Assembly (NCBI GenBank): GCA_963785305.1
Contig: CAWAUV010000007.1
Coordinates: 2,112,001-2,176,000 of the forward strand
Length of the DNA: 64,000 nt
Source of the DNA: an uncultured Planctomycetaceae bacterium
GTDB lineage: Bacteria; Planctomycetota; Planctomycetia; Pirellulales; PALSA-1355
Direction of reading: 5' to 3'
A program made the translations under genes and the position numbers. Positions 18,584 through 29,101 of this stretch are shown one piece after another (the stretch's first letter is position 1; every line of letters starts with the position of its first letter). The notes below the pieces were generated by a model. It did not search any database. It saw only the letters and a program-made list of their open reading frames with translations, and was not told the origin of the DNA.

Positions 18584-19336
18584 GTGCTGCTTGCCGAACC
18601 TCCTCGCACCGCTTACGACCTGCACTTCAACCTGCTCGGCGTGCCGGTTCGCGTGCATCCCTGGTTTTGGCTGATCTCGCTGTTCATGGGCATGGGCCCC
18701 GGGGCCGAAAGCGAGCCGGCGTTCGTCGCGCTCTGGGTCGCCGCCAGTTTCGTTTCGGTCTTGATCCATGAAATGGGCCACGCGCTGGTGATTCGATACT
18801 TCGGCGCCCGGCCCTGGATCACGCTCTACGGCATGGGCGGCCTGGCTTCGAGCAATGAAAGCCGCCGAGCGCCGCGCAATCAGATTCTCGTCTCGCTGGC
18901 CGGACCGTTCGCGGGATTCGCCTTTTTCGGCCTGGTGCTCGCGCTCATCGCCGCGACCGGGCACCGCGTGAAGTTCGACCCAGGCTCGCTGCCCTATTTG
19001 CCGGTGCGTTTCGGCACGTTCGACAATGTTCGCATGTGGCAATTGTGCTGGATTCTCGCGATCCAGAATTTCTATTTCAATCTACTCAACCTGCTGCCGA
19101 TTTTTCCGCTCGATGGCGGGCAGGTGTCGCGCGAGCTCTTTCAAATGGCCGACTACGCGGGCGGCTTGCGGCGCTCGCTGTTGGTGTCGTTTGGCGTGGC
19201 GGCCGCGGTGGCCGTGTATTCGCTCGCCAAGTCGCAGAGCCTGTTCATGACTATGTTCTTCGGCTTTCTGGCCTATGAAAGCTACCAAGCGCTCCAGCGC
19301 TTCTCACCCGGCCGTGGCAGGGGAGGCGGCTGGTGA
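18584..19336 (+). CDS. Site-2 protease family (M50) intramembrane zinc metalloprotease
   Basis: VLIHEMGHAL, SLAGP, NLLPIFPLDGG motifs; multiple TM segments. Confidence 0.92.
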   Translation: MLLAEPPRTAYDLHFNLLGVPVRVHPWFWLISLFMGMGPGAESEPAFVALWVAASFVSVLIHEMGHALVIRYFGARPWITLYGMGGLASSNESRRAPRNQILVSLAGPFAGFAFFGLVLALIAATGHRVKFDPGSLPYLPVRFGTFDNVRMWQLCWILAIQNFYFNLLNLLPIFPLDGGQVSRELFQMADYAGGLRRSLLVSFGVAAAVAVYSLAKSQSLFMTMFFGFLAYESYQALQRFSPGRGRGGGW

Positions 19337-20154
19337 CGGAGCACGCGGCCGCGGCCGATGCCCGCGACCAACGCACGGACCGGCCGCGATGGGTGCTGCT
19401 CGGCGCGAGCAATGTGGCCCGCTCGTGGCCCGGGCTCGTCGCGCTCTGCGAAGCGAGGTCCAGCGAGCCGCCCGAGATATTGGCGGCGCTCGGTCGCGGC
19501 CGATCCTATGGCGCGGAGCATTCGTTTCTCGGCCGGCAAATGGCCGGCATCGTCGACTCCGGGCTCTGGAGCGCGCTGGCCGCGGGCGGCGATCGCCCGA
19601 CGCGGGCCTTGGTGACCGATATCGGCAACGACCTCGTGTATGGTCACTCGCCCGAGCGGATCGCCGGCTGGGTGGCGACATGTCTCGAGCGATTGGCGGC
19701 CGCGCGGGCCGAGATTTTGATGACCCGATTGCCGATGGCAAGCATTCGCACGATCTCGCCGCGGCGGTTCGCGTTTTTTCGCCGGTTGTTCTTTCCGGCG
19801 GCGCGAGTCGATTTGAAGTCGGTGCTCGATTCGGCCGAGGAGCTCGACGCACGGCTTGCCGCGCTCGCGCCGCGACTTGGAGCGAGCGCCCTCGAGCACG
19901 AGGCCGATTGGTATGGTTTCGACCCGATTCACATTCGCCGCGCGCGATGCCACGCGGCATGGAGCGCGATGCTCGATTGCTTGCCGGCTGACTCGCGGCG
20001 CGACCGAGCAGTGCAATCCGCGCGGCTGAGCGCTCGTGATCGCTACCGGTTGCTCACGATGCGCCCGGCGATGTATCGGCGCTTCGGGCGCGAGGCGCGC
20101 ATGGCGCAGCCGGCGTGCGTGTTGGCGAGCGGCGCGGTGGTTTCGTTTTATTGA
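19333..20154 (+). CDS. SGNH/GDSL-hydrolase-like protein
   Basis: VLLGASN (block I), DIGNDL (block III), FDPIH (block V); GTGA overlap with the M50 gene. Confidence 0.65.
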   Translation: MTEHAAAADARDQRTDRPRWVLLGASNVARSWPGLVALCEARSSEPPEILAALGRGRSYGAEHSFLGRQMAGIVDSGLWSALAAGGDRPTRALVTDIGNDLVYGHSPERIAGWVATCLERLAAARAEILMTRLPMASIRTISPRRFAFFRRLFFPAARVDLKSVLDSAEELDARLAALAPRLGASALEHEADWYGFDPIHIRRARCHAAWSAMLDCLPADSRRDRAVQSARLSARDRYRLLTMRPAMYRRFGREARMAQPACVLASGAVVSFY

Positions 20155-20502
20155 AAGCGCGGCGCGCTTGGTCGCGCGCTCGAAGCGATCGTGATCGCGA
20201 GCAAGGGCGTGGGGTGGAGAACTTGTTTGGAAAAACGGCGCCCAATTAAAAAACTTTGTTGAAAACCTGTTGCATTAAATCACGGAACGGGTACAAATAC
20301 CGATCAGACATCTTTCCCTGAACGAGTTTAGGAGCTTGCAAGCCGGGCGAGGGAATAGTGGCAACGCTCGTGCCCCGAAAGCCGGCTCGCAAGAATTCAG
20401 GAGGGAGTGTTGGTGGTTCAGGGTGGGACTTCGCTCGGCAGCGCGTCTTTGGAAGACGCCGAGTATGGAGCTCACCGGGAAAATTTTTTAGGAGGACGGA
20501 CT

Positions 20503-20577
20503 GTGGCCAAGAAGAAAGCTTCGAAGAAAGCCGCTCCCAAGACCAAGAAGTCGAAGAAGAGCAAGAAGGCGAAGTAA
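20503..20577 (+). CDS. 24-aa lysine-rich micro-protein (histone H1-like composition)
   Basis: GGAGG SD at 20491-20495, GTG start, MAKKKASKKAAPKTKKSKKSKKAK*, 12 of 13 Lys codons are AAG/AAA-run biased to AAG, hairpin downstream; below the ORF-track cutoff. Confidence 0.65.
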   Translation: MAKKKASKKAAPKTKKSKKSKKAK

Positions 20578-20641
20578 CTCGCCCGTACGCGCGCCTTTCC
20601 TTTAGAAAGCAGAGCACGCTCTCGCGACGAACCGACGAGAA

Positions 20642-20674
20642 AGAGCCGTCCAAAACCCATTTTTGGACGGCTCT
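20642..20674. terminator. Hairpin / probable bidirectional terminator
   Basis: Perfect 14-bp IR AGAGCCGTCCAAAA-CCCAT-TTTTGGACGGCTCT followed by AATTTTTT, between convergent genes. Confidence 0.65.
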
Positions 20675-20762
20675 AATTTTTTGCGCTGGTTGCTTGCCCC
20701 GCGCCGCTCTCGGCCCGCGGCGCCCCTTCTCCCCGCTCTCGTCCGGCCCAGTGCTTTTGAGC

Positions 20763-22197
20763 TCAGTGCTTTTGAACGTCGTAGCAGTACAGATGCTCCT
20801 GCTCGCGCAGATAAAGCTTGCCGCCGGTGATGACCGGATGCGGCCAACTGGGCTTCCGCACATCGGGAATCTTGAACACGCCGCGCTCGTCGTAGCCGCT
20901 TGGGCGCGGCGGCGATCAGCGCCACCGTGCCGTCTTGATAACGAAAATAAAGATTGCCGTCGGCATAGGTCACGGCCGCCGATTCCCGGCCGGGTCCGCG
21001 ATCTTTTCGCCACATGCGCTTGCCGGTCATCCATTCGATGCAGGTGGGAGCGCCGTTATTGTGCCCGTGGCCGAGATACACATAGTCGCCCAAGAGCACC
21101 ATGCCGCCGTGGTGATTTTGGAGCTCCTTGCCTTCGAGAAAATAGACTTCCTCGGCTTCGACGCCGCCTTTTTTTCGCTTCAAATGCACGAGGCCGGCGC
21201 CGGCGCCATAGCCGGTCGAGCAGAAGACATAATCGCCTTGCACGAGCGGCGTGGGAATGTTGGCGGTTTTGTTGGCCACATGGTTGTAGCCCCAGAGAAA
21301 ACGGCCATCGTTCGCGGCCATGCCCACCACGCCGCGGCCCACGAGCTGCACATATTGCCGCACACCCGCCCCATTGCCGATCACGGCCGAGGCATAAGCC
21401 GCGCCGTCGCCGCCGTTGTCGCCGATCTCGGGAATGCCGGTCTTCCAGACGAGCTCGCCCGAAAGTTTATCGAGGGCGGCGAGCGTGGCGTCGGGGGCGC
21501 CGGGCGTGCAAATCAGGTTCGTCCCGTCGACCAGCACCGACTCGCTGTAGCCCCAGCCGCTGTGCATCTTGCCGCCGAAGTCGCGCTTTAGATTCTTTCG
21601 CCACACTTCGGCGCCGGTGGCTGCTTCGGCGCATACCAGATCGCCATGCGTGCCGAGAGCGTAGACCAGCTTGCCGTCGACCGTGGGCGTGGCACGCGGG
21701 CCGCTATAGCCGTTGGGCTCCCATTCGGGCCCGACCTGAAGCGACCAGAGCGGCTTGCCGCCCTCGAGTTCCCGAGCATGGAGCCACTGCTGGCCGTTGC
21801 TATCGCCCATGCAATAGATGCGGCCCTCGGCGATCGAGATTCCGGAGAAGCCGGCGCCCATGCCATCGCATTGCCAAACGAGTGGCGGCCCTTCCGAGGG
21901 CCAGCGTTCGAGCAGCCCCACATCGGGCGAAATGCCGTTTCGCTCCGGTCCGCGCCATTGAGGCCAATAAGGACCGCTCGGCGCCTCGCCGGAGCTTTGG
22001 CCGGAATTCTTGCCGCGCTTGCCGGATTTTTTGTTGGCCAGGGCCGCTTTCTTTTCAGCGGCGGCTTTCGCGACGGCCGCTTTTTTCGCCGCTCGTTGCT
22101 CGGCGGGCGTCGGCTCGTCGACCGCCAGCGCCGCGCTCAATACACCGAGGCAGCACACGCCACACACCAACAAACGCCACGCATTGAGGCGCGACAT
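20763..22197 (-). CDS. PQQ-binding-like beta-propeller repeat protein (frameshift near 20890)
   Basis: Signal peptide, WPQWRGPERNG, GPRATPTVDG, WGYSES, ANIPTP; alternate frame gives the typical ending SWPHPVITGGKLYLREQEHLYCYDV. Confidence 0.88.
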
Positions 22198-22333
22198 GGC
22201 CCGACTCCTTTATTGGGTAAGCGGCCGAACGATCGTGTCGAATCGAGTGGAAACACGCGAGGCAAGAGCCGCCGCCAGCGTCGGAAGAGAGTTCCGCTCT
22301 CGGCGCCAGCGGCGGCCTCGCCAATCGCGAAAA

Positions 22334-23131
22334 CTACTGCTTGATCTGCACTCGCGGCCGAGCCGGCGGAACCGCCTCGTCTTTGTTCGAGATCACGTCG
22401 AGCAGTTCGACGTCGAACACCAGCGTGGCGTTGGGTGGAATACCCGGCCGGCCTTCCTCGCCATAGGCCAGTTCGGCGGGAATGAAAAGCTGCCACTTCG
22501 AACCGGTCGGCATCAGCTGCAGCGCTTCGGTCCAACCGGGAATCACGTTGCGCAGGGGAAAGGTGATCGGCTCGTTGCGGGCATAGGAGCTATCGAATTC
22601 CTTGCCGTCGAGCAGCGTTCCGCGATAGTGGGCCCGCACCGCGTCGTTGAGGGTCGGCTTCGGGCCGGCGCCTTGCTTGACGACTTTGTACTGCAGCCCG
22701 CTGGCCGTGGTTTTCACGTCGGGCTTCTTGCCATTGGCGGCGAGAAACGCGGCGCCTTCCTTCTTGCCTTTTTCGCCGGCGACCTTGGCTTCGGCGGCCA
22801 ATTGAGCGGCGACTTCTTCCTGGAACTGCTGGAGCGCGGCCTGGGCTTCCTTGTCGGTGAGCGCCGACGGCCGCTCGCTCATCGTGTCGCGAAAACCCTG
22901 AATGATCATCTCGACATTGACGGGAATCGAGCGCTGCTTGAAGTCGCGACCCAGGCTGATACCGATCGCATAGCTCGCCTTATCGGCCACGGTTTTCATT
23001 TCGGGCTTCGCCGCCGGCGCGGGATCGGCCGCCAGACAGCGAGCGCCGCCAGCCAAGCCGGCCAACGCGACCAGGGCCGCGATCGACGCGATCGGCAGGC
23101 GACGCATCGCCGAGTGCCATGAGTGACGCAT
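22334..23131 (-). CDS. fkpA: FKBP-type peptidyl-prolyl cis-trans isomerase (FkpA/Mip-like)
   Basis: DKASYAIG N-domain, TASGLQYKV, HYRGTLLDGKEFDSSY, VIPGWTEALQLM, LAYG, IPPNATLVFDVELL. Confidence 0.92.
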   Translation of the reverse strand: MRHSWHSAMRRLPIASIAALVALAGLAGGARCLAADPAPAAKPEMKTVADKASYAIGISLGRDFKQRSIPVNVEMIIQGFRDTMSERPSALTDKEAQAALQQFQEEVAAQLAAEAKVAGEKGKKEGAAFLAANGKKPDVKTTASGLQYKVVKQGAGPKPTLNDAVRAHYRGTLLDGKEFDSSYARNEPITFPLRNVIPGWTEALQLMPTGSKWQLFIPAELAYGEEGRPGIPPNATLVFDVELLDVISNKDEAVPPARPRVQIKQ

Positions 23132-23315
23132 GATAAAATGTCCTTTCTGACCTCTGGGGTCGATGCTGTTTTTTCAAGGGGGATCGTGCTTCGCGCGTGT
23201 GCAATCCGCGACAACCGTCTCGCGATGCCGCGCCGCCCCTGGTTCTTTTTCCAGTGGGTCTCGCGGATTTACGAAAAAGGCCAGCGAAGCCCGGTCGTCG
23301 GGGGTTGGGGTATAA

Positions 23316-23393
23316 GAACCTATCCGGCAACCCCCGGAAGCGCCCAATTTTGCGGGCAGTTTCAATGCTGGCGCCGGGTTGCCGGATAGGCTC
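23316..23393. mobile_element. MITE-like 78-bp element with terminal inverted repeats and TAA target duplication
   Basis: TAA|GAACCTATCCGGCAACCC ... GGGTTGCCGGATAGGCTC|TAA; 17/18 TIR match. Confidence 0.6.
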
Positions 23394-23657
23394 TAAGGGC
23401 CAACCTGACTCTCGCGGCCACGCGACGCGGAGTCAAAGTCTACCTCACACGAAAAGCCCGCGGGATTATAACCGCTTTACCGGTCAAAAGGTAAGTGCCA
23501 TCGCGGCCAGTAGCATCGCGACATCGCGTTGGCGACGGCACGGGCACTTTCGGGCCCGGCCGGGGCAAAACGCCCCTGGATAGACGCGTGAGGGCCGGCA
23601 AAAGAAAAACGCAGTCAACCGCCGAATCGGGGCTGGCGACGTTTAGCCGGCGACGCG

Positions 23658-24016
23658 CTAGCAATTCTTGACCTTCGCGGAATCCAAAAGCCTTTTGCGC
23701 CAGAACTCGGGATTGCGCTGAATCTCGTCCATGAACCGGCAGGCCATGTCACTCGGAACCTTGCCGTGCTCCCAGGGCGCACGGTCTTGGCCGACACCCC
23801 AATAAACTGCGCGAATAGCGCCTGGCTCACGCGAAGAATCTTCCGAGTCGCCTTTACCATTTCAGGCGAGTAAACGTGCGGTTCCAAGTCGAGCACGATC
23901 CGCCGGCAGGTGAACTTATCCGCGACAGGCCGGTCGCTCTTGAGCGCATCACGGAACTCCTCGAGACCGTCGATCAGATCGCGTTCAACATCATTCATTT
24001 CGGTCCCATCAAGCAT
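23658..24016 (-). CDS. HigA-like HTH (XRE) antitoxin (frameshift near 23778)
   Basis: LIDGLEEF...VKATRKILRVSQALFAQFIGVSAKTVR[A]WEHG..PSDMACRFMDEI; GGAG SD. Confidence 0.8.
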
Positions 24017-24043
24017 ATTGCAACTCCACTCAATTCAGAATTT

Positions 24044-24120
24044 CAGCCTATCCGAGAACTTCGGCGAACCCTCACCCTACCCTCACCCAAAGGGAGAGGG
24101 GGAAGTTGCCGGATAGACTC
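24044..24120. mobile_element. Second, more degenerate MITE-like element carrying a REP-like palindrome
   Basis: CAGCCTATCCGAGAACTTC ... GAAGTTGCCGGATAGACTC (15/19 IR), related to 23316-23393; encloses CCCTCACCCTACCCTCACCCAAAGGGAGAGGG. Confidence 0.5.
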
Positions 24121-24584
24121 TTAACGAATCGACTTCTTGCGTCGCAGTTCACGTTCCGTTTCGGCGATCACCTTGTTTAGGTGGGCCTTCACCGCGTCCG
24201 ATATGTTGTCTACTTCACCCTTGCCGTAAACCAAGCAAAGCAAGACAACGCTGAACTCTCCTCGAAATGCACGTACAGCACGCGAGCAGCGCCGCTCTTT
24301 CCGGTATTCCAACGGCTCGGCGCAAACCGCATCTTCCTCAAGCCGCCCGTTCCCTCGATGGCGGGAGCTCCCTTGGGATCCGCCATGATGAAAAGCTGGA
24401 GCGCCGAAAGGTCGTCTTCGTCGTTTAGCCCCATTTTTTCCCAGCGACGGGAAAATGGCTTTAGCTCGATAAAATCAAGAATGTCTTCTGGCTTGACGAC
24501 AGGCCTCGAATACTTTAATGCCAGGTTTTAATTTGCTTGCGACCCGTTTTTCCTTGACGATTCATCTTCGCCTTCGTTCGCCAT
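24121..24584 (-). CDS. RelE/HigB-type mRNase toxin (frameshifted; start uncertain)
   Basis: FIELKPFSRRW..LQLFIMADPKGAPAIEGTGGLRKMRF...GKSGAARVLY..F[fs]VVLLCLVYGKGEVDNIS; lies upstream of the HTH gene (HigBA order). Confidence 0.82.
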
Positions 24585-24726
24585 GAGCACCCCTTTTCTT
24601 TATTCGGCCCAACGATGCCCGCACCCGAGGAAATTGTACCATTTAATGGCATAGCTTACATCCCCGTCCCGAAGCAATTTTCCCCGTTGCATCGGAAAGT
24701 AGCGAGTCCTTTACATCGCCCAAGCG

Positions 24727-25866
24727 CTATTCCGGTTTGCCCTCCGCCGAATCTGGCGCGAAACGCAATTCCTTCACTCGCGTCGATTCAAAGACTTCCG
24801 CCGGGCCCTGGGGCGTCGCACCACGATCGCCGCGGCGCCGGGAGTGGCGTCGATAAGTTTGAGACCCGCCTCGGGGCCAAGCACCAACACCGCCTTTGTA
24901 ATGCTGTCGGCCGTGATGCAGTCGGGGGCCACGACCGTCACGGCGCTCCGGTCCGTGAGGCCGAGCCCGGTGCGCGGGTCGATAATATGGCTATAGCGGC
25001 GGCCCGCGATTTCGACGAACTGATACGCATCGCCCGACGTGGTGACCGCGGCGTTGGCCAGCAGCAGAATTCGGCTGGGCGGCCCACCGGGAACCATCGG
25101 GGCGATGCCGATCTTCCAACCCGGCACTCCGGGCGGCGGAGCACTCACGCCGATATCGCCGCTCGCGTCGACCAGCGCCGAGCTTATTCCCGCGGCGCGC
25201 AACAGGGCCAGCGACTCATCGACCGCGTAGCCCATGGCGATGCCGCCCAGGTCGAGCCGCATGCCCGGTTGCAAAAGCCGGACGCGATGGTTCTCGGAGT
25301 CGAGCTCCAAGTTTTTGTAGCCCACGGCCCGAGCGGCTTCGGCCAAGCCCTCGGGCCGGGGCAATTCCTTTTGCCGCCGGCCGCGGCGCCAGAGTTTTAC
25401 ATAGGGCCCGACCGTGATATCAAACGCCCCGCCCGACTGCTCGGCCAGAAGTTGGGCCCGCGAAAGCACGAGCCACAGCGACTCGCTCACCGGCACACCC
25501 TGGGGGCAGGGCGCGGCGTCGGACAAGCGGCTCAGCTCGCTGTCGGGTTTGTAGTCGCTCATCGCCTGGTCCAGCGCGGCGATGCGGTCGAACACCGCCT
25601 GGGCGGCATTGTTTGCAGCGGGCTTATCGGCTGCGTATAGTAGGACCTTGAATGCGACCCCCATGTGAATCTCGCGATATTCGAATCGCTCGGCACCCTG
25701 GGCGGTCGGGTAGCCGGCGCACGGCGGCTATCCCTCCCCACCCCACCGACCACGCGACCATGAAGGCGAGCGCGGTCCCTGGTCGGCGCCGGCTTGTCGC
25801 GATTTTCCGGCTCTGGCCCGCGCTCCATGATGGAACCCGCTCCGGCGAATTCGATGCGTTGGACAT
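24727..25866 (-). CDS. apbE: FAD:protein FMN transferase ApbE (frameshifts near both ends; start uncertain)
   Basis: HMGV, MSDYKPDSELSRL, GAFDITVGP, LDLGGIAMGYAVD, AVTTSGD, YSHIIDPRTG, ADSITKA. Confidence 0.9.
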
Positions 25867-25921
25867 GACTTCTCGGTTTCGATAACTCGGACCCGAACGA
25901 ACTTCACAGGACACGATCTCC

Positions 25922-27022
25922 ATGATTAGCGTACTACGCCGAAATGTGAATCGGCAAACCAGCCGCCGCGCCGCGAGCGTCCGCTTGGCTTTGGCTTTGG
26001 TCGCGGCGCTCGTGGGCACGCGAGTTTCGCGGGCAGTTGAATATCTCGATCCCAAAAAAGTCGCCGATGCCTCGGCCACGACCCAGGCCGAGATGAAACC
26101 CTACACCGATGTGATCGCCAACACGCTGGTCACATTCAAAATGGTTCCGATTCCGGGCGGCAAGTTCATGATGGGCAGCCCGGCCAGTGAAGCCGGTCGC
26201 GGCGAGGATGAAGGCCCGCCGCACGAGGTCGTGATTGAGCCGTTTTGGATGGAAGAACACGAAGTCACCTGGGGCGAATACGAGATCTGGATGTTTAACC
26301 TCGACATCCAGCGGCGCGCGGTGAACAGCGAGCCGACGACCGATCTCGACAAAGCGGCCGACGCCGTAACCCGGCCGACGAAGCCTTATACCGACATGAG
26401 CTTCGGCATGGGCAAAGATGGTTTCCCGGCGATCTCGATGACCCAATTGGCGGCCAAGACCTATTGCAAGTGGCTCAGTGCCAAGACCGGCCGTTACTAC
26501 CGGCTGCCGACCGAAGCGGAGTGGGAATACGCCTGCCGCGCGGGCTCGAAGACCGCCTATTCGTTTGGCGACGACCCGATGAAGCTCGATGAATATGCCT
26601 GGAGCGGCGCTGAATAGCAACGAAGCCTATCACAAAGTGGCGACCAGAAAGCCCAATGCCTGGGGACTTTACGACATGCACGGCAATGTGGCCGAATGGA
26701 CGCTCGACGCCCACGACGCCGCGTTCTACAAACAGTTCGAGGGCAAATCGGTGAAGAACCCCTTGGCTGTTCCCAAGAAACTCTATCCGCAGGTCGCGCG
26801 TGGCGGCTCGTGGGACGACGAGGCTGATCGGCTGCGTTCGGCGGCCCGGCGGCCCTCGAACCGCGATTGGAAGCAGCAAGACCCACAGATTCCGCAGAGC
26901 ATTTGGTATTTCACCGACGCCCAGTTTCTAGGTTTCCGCGTCGTGCGCCCCTGCATGAGCCGAGCGCGGCCGAAAAGCAGCAGCTCTGGGAGGCTGGCTC
27001 CGACGAAGACAAAGGCGATTGA
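25922..27022 (+). CDS. Secreted formylglycine-generating-enzyme (SUMF1/FGE-sulfatase domain) family protein (frameshifts near 26605 and 26950)
   Basis: [70 protein letters not shown]. Confidence 0.88.
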
Positions 27023-27156
27023 GCCATTTCGCTTTCCGTCCAGACGCCGGGCCGAAAATACTTGCTTCGGCTCACGTGGCGATGGACACTGATGCGCTGT
27101 CGCGTGGACACGAACTCCGCTTACTTTCCCCCCTTTGAACCTTGGAGACCTTTGCG

Positions 27157-28472
27157 ATGACCGATTCGATTTCTCGCGACGCGGCCGGCGGCACGCGTCG
27201 GGATTTTCTCAAGAGCTCGACCGCGCTGGCGGTCGGCGGCGCGCTGGCCAGCACGCTTTCGATCGGCCGCAGCGCGCATGCCGCCGGCGACGATACCATC
27301 AAAATCGCCCTGATCGGCTGCGGTGGCCGCGGCACCGGCGCCGTGGGCGACGCCATGAGCACCAAGCAGAACCTCAAGGTCGTGGCCCTGGCCGACGCGT
27401 TTCGTGATCGGCTCGATGGCTGCTACAACCAACTCAAGAAGTTCGGCGACCGCGTGGAAGTGCCCGAGGATCGGAAGTTCGTGGGCGTGGACGCCTATCA
27501 AAAGGCGATCGACTCGGGCATCGACCTCGCGATTCTCGCCACGCCGCCGGGCTTCCGCCCGATTCACTTGGCCGCCGCGGTCAAGGCCGGCAAGCATGTG
27601 TTCATGGAGAAGCCGGTAGCCACGGAGCAATTCGGCGTGCGGAGCGTGCTCGAGAGCGCGGCCGAAGCCAAGAAGAAGGGCCTCGCGATCGGTGTCGGCT
27701 TGCAGCGCCGGCATCAGAACAGCTACATCGAAACCATCAAGCGCATTGCACGACGGCGCGATCGGCGATGTTCAGTACACTCGCGTGTATTGGAACGGCG
27801 CCGGCGTGTGGGTCAAGCCGCGCCAACCGGATCAGACCGAAATGGAATACCAGGTCCGCAATTGGTACTACTTCGCCTGGCTCAGCGGCGACGAAATCTG
27901 CGAGCAGCACATCCATAACCTCGACGTCGGCAACTGGGTGATGAAAGACCAGCATCCGGTGAAGGCCAACGGCATGGGCGGACGCGAAGTGCGCAGCGGC
28001 AAGGACTACGGCGAAATCTTCGACCATCACACGGTCGAGTTCGAATACGCCGACGGCTCGCGCATGTTCAGCCAGTGCCGCCACATTCCCGGGGCCTGGG
28101 CGATCGTCGATGAATTCGCGATCGGCACGAAGGGCAAGAGCGATGTGAATGGTTCGATCACCGGCGCCGTCGAATACAAGTTCAAGGGCGACAACCCGAA
28201 CCCGTATCACCAGGAGCACGAAGATCTGTATGCCAGCATTCGCTCCGGCAATCCGATCAACGAAGCCGAACGCGGCGCCCACAGCAGCATGACCGCCATT
28301 CTCGGACGCATGGCGACCTATTCGGGCAAGGTGGTCACTTGGGACGAAGCGATCAATTCGCAAGTCAAGATCATGCCGAAGCGACTTCGCGTTTAACGCC
28401 ACGCCGCTCGTGCTGCCCGGCCCCGACGGCATCTACCCGGCGGCCGTGCCGGGTGTGACGAAAGTGTTTTAA
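27157..28472 (+). CDS. Tat-exported Gfo/Idh/MocA-family oxidoreductase (frameshifts near 27745 and 28385)
   Basis: TRRDFLK Tat signal, ALIGCGGRGTGA, LATPPGFRP, HVFMEKPVA, RNWYYFAWLSGD..EQHIHNLD. Confidence 0.9.
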
Positions 28473-28804
28473 CGCTCGGATCGCCCGGTTGGCGGCGGCC
28501 GTCGTCAGGCGGCGCGACCGCGGTTCTTGGCGGTGAATCTGGAAAGTCCGGCGGCGCCGGCCACGCACCCGCGGGCCGGCGCCGACCGGGCTTTTTCATC
28601 GACCCCCGCCCGAGCCCCCCCGTCAGTCGCATATTCGGATCGCGGCGGATGGATTACGAACCGTTTATCTCGGCATTTCGCGATTCGACATTTCCGGCCT
28701 CGCCGTAAAATTGTCGTAGGCGGGGGCGGCGATCCCCTTTGGTCGACCGGAGATTCGGTCGCCGAGCATTTGGCGGCCAGGACCTTATCAGGGAGATCTC
28801 GATC

Positions 28805-29101
28805 ATGCGACGCTGGACATTATCGCTTCTTACTTCCGGGAGCCTCGCGCTTTCGCTATTCGCGGCGAGCGGCATGGACGCTTTCGCGGCGGGCAATGCT
28901 CCGCAGCGGTACTATCGCACCGCCCCGGTGCGATCGTATTCGTATTATCCGCGCACCACGAATGTGTGGCCCTACTATCCCAATTATGGGAACAACTCGG
29001 TCGGGGCCGCCTATAGCCAAGCCGCCGGCATGCGGCAGGGTCAGTTCTTCGGCACGTTCGGTCTCCGACCGGCCGACGCGCGCGCCCGCGGAGCATATTG
29101 A
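28805..29101 (+). CDS. Small secreted Tyr-rich hypothetical protein
   Basis: GGGAG SD, signal peptide ending AFA, Tyr/Asn/Gly-rich mature part. Confidence 0.65.
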   Translation: MRRWTLSLLTSGSLALSLFAASGMDAFAAGNAPQRYYRTAPVRSYSYYPRTTNVWPYYPNYGNNSVGAAYSQAAGMRQGQFFGTFGLRPADARARGAY

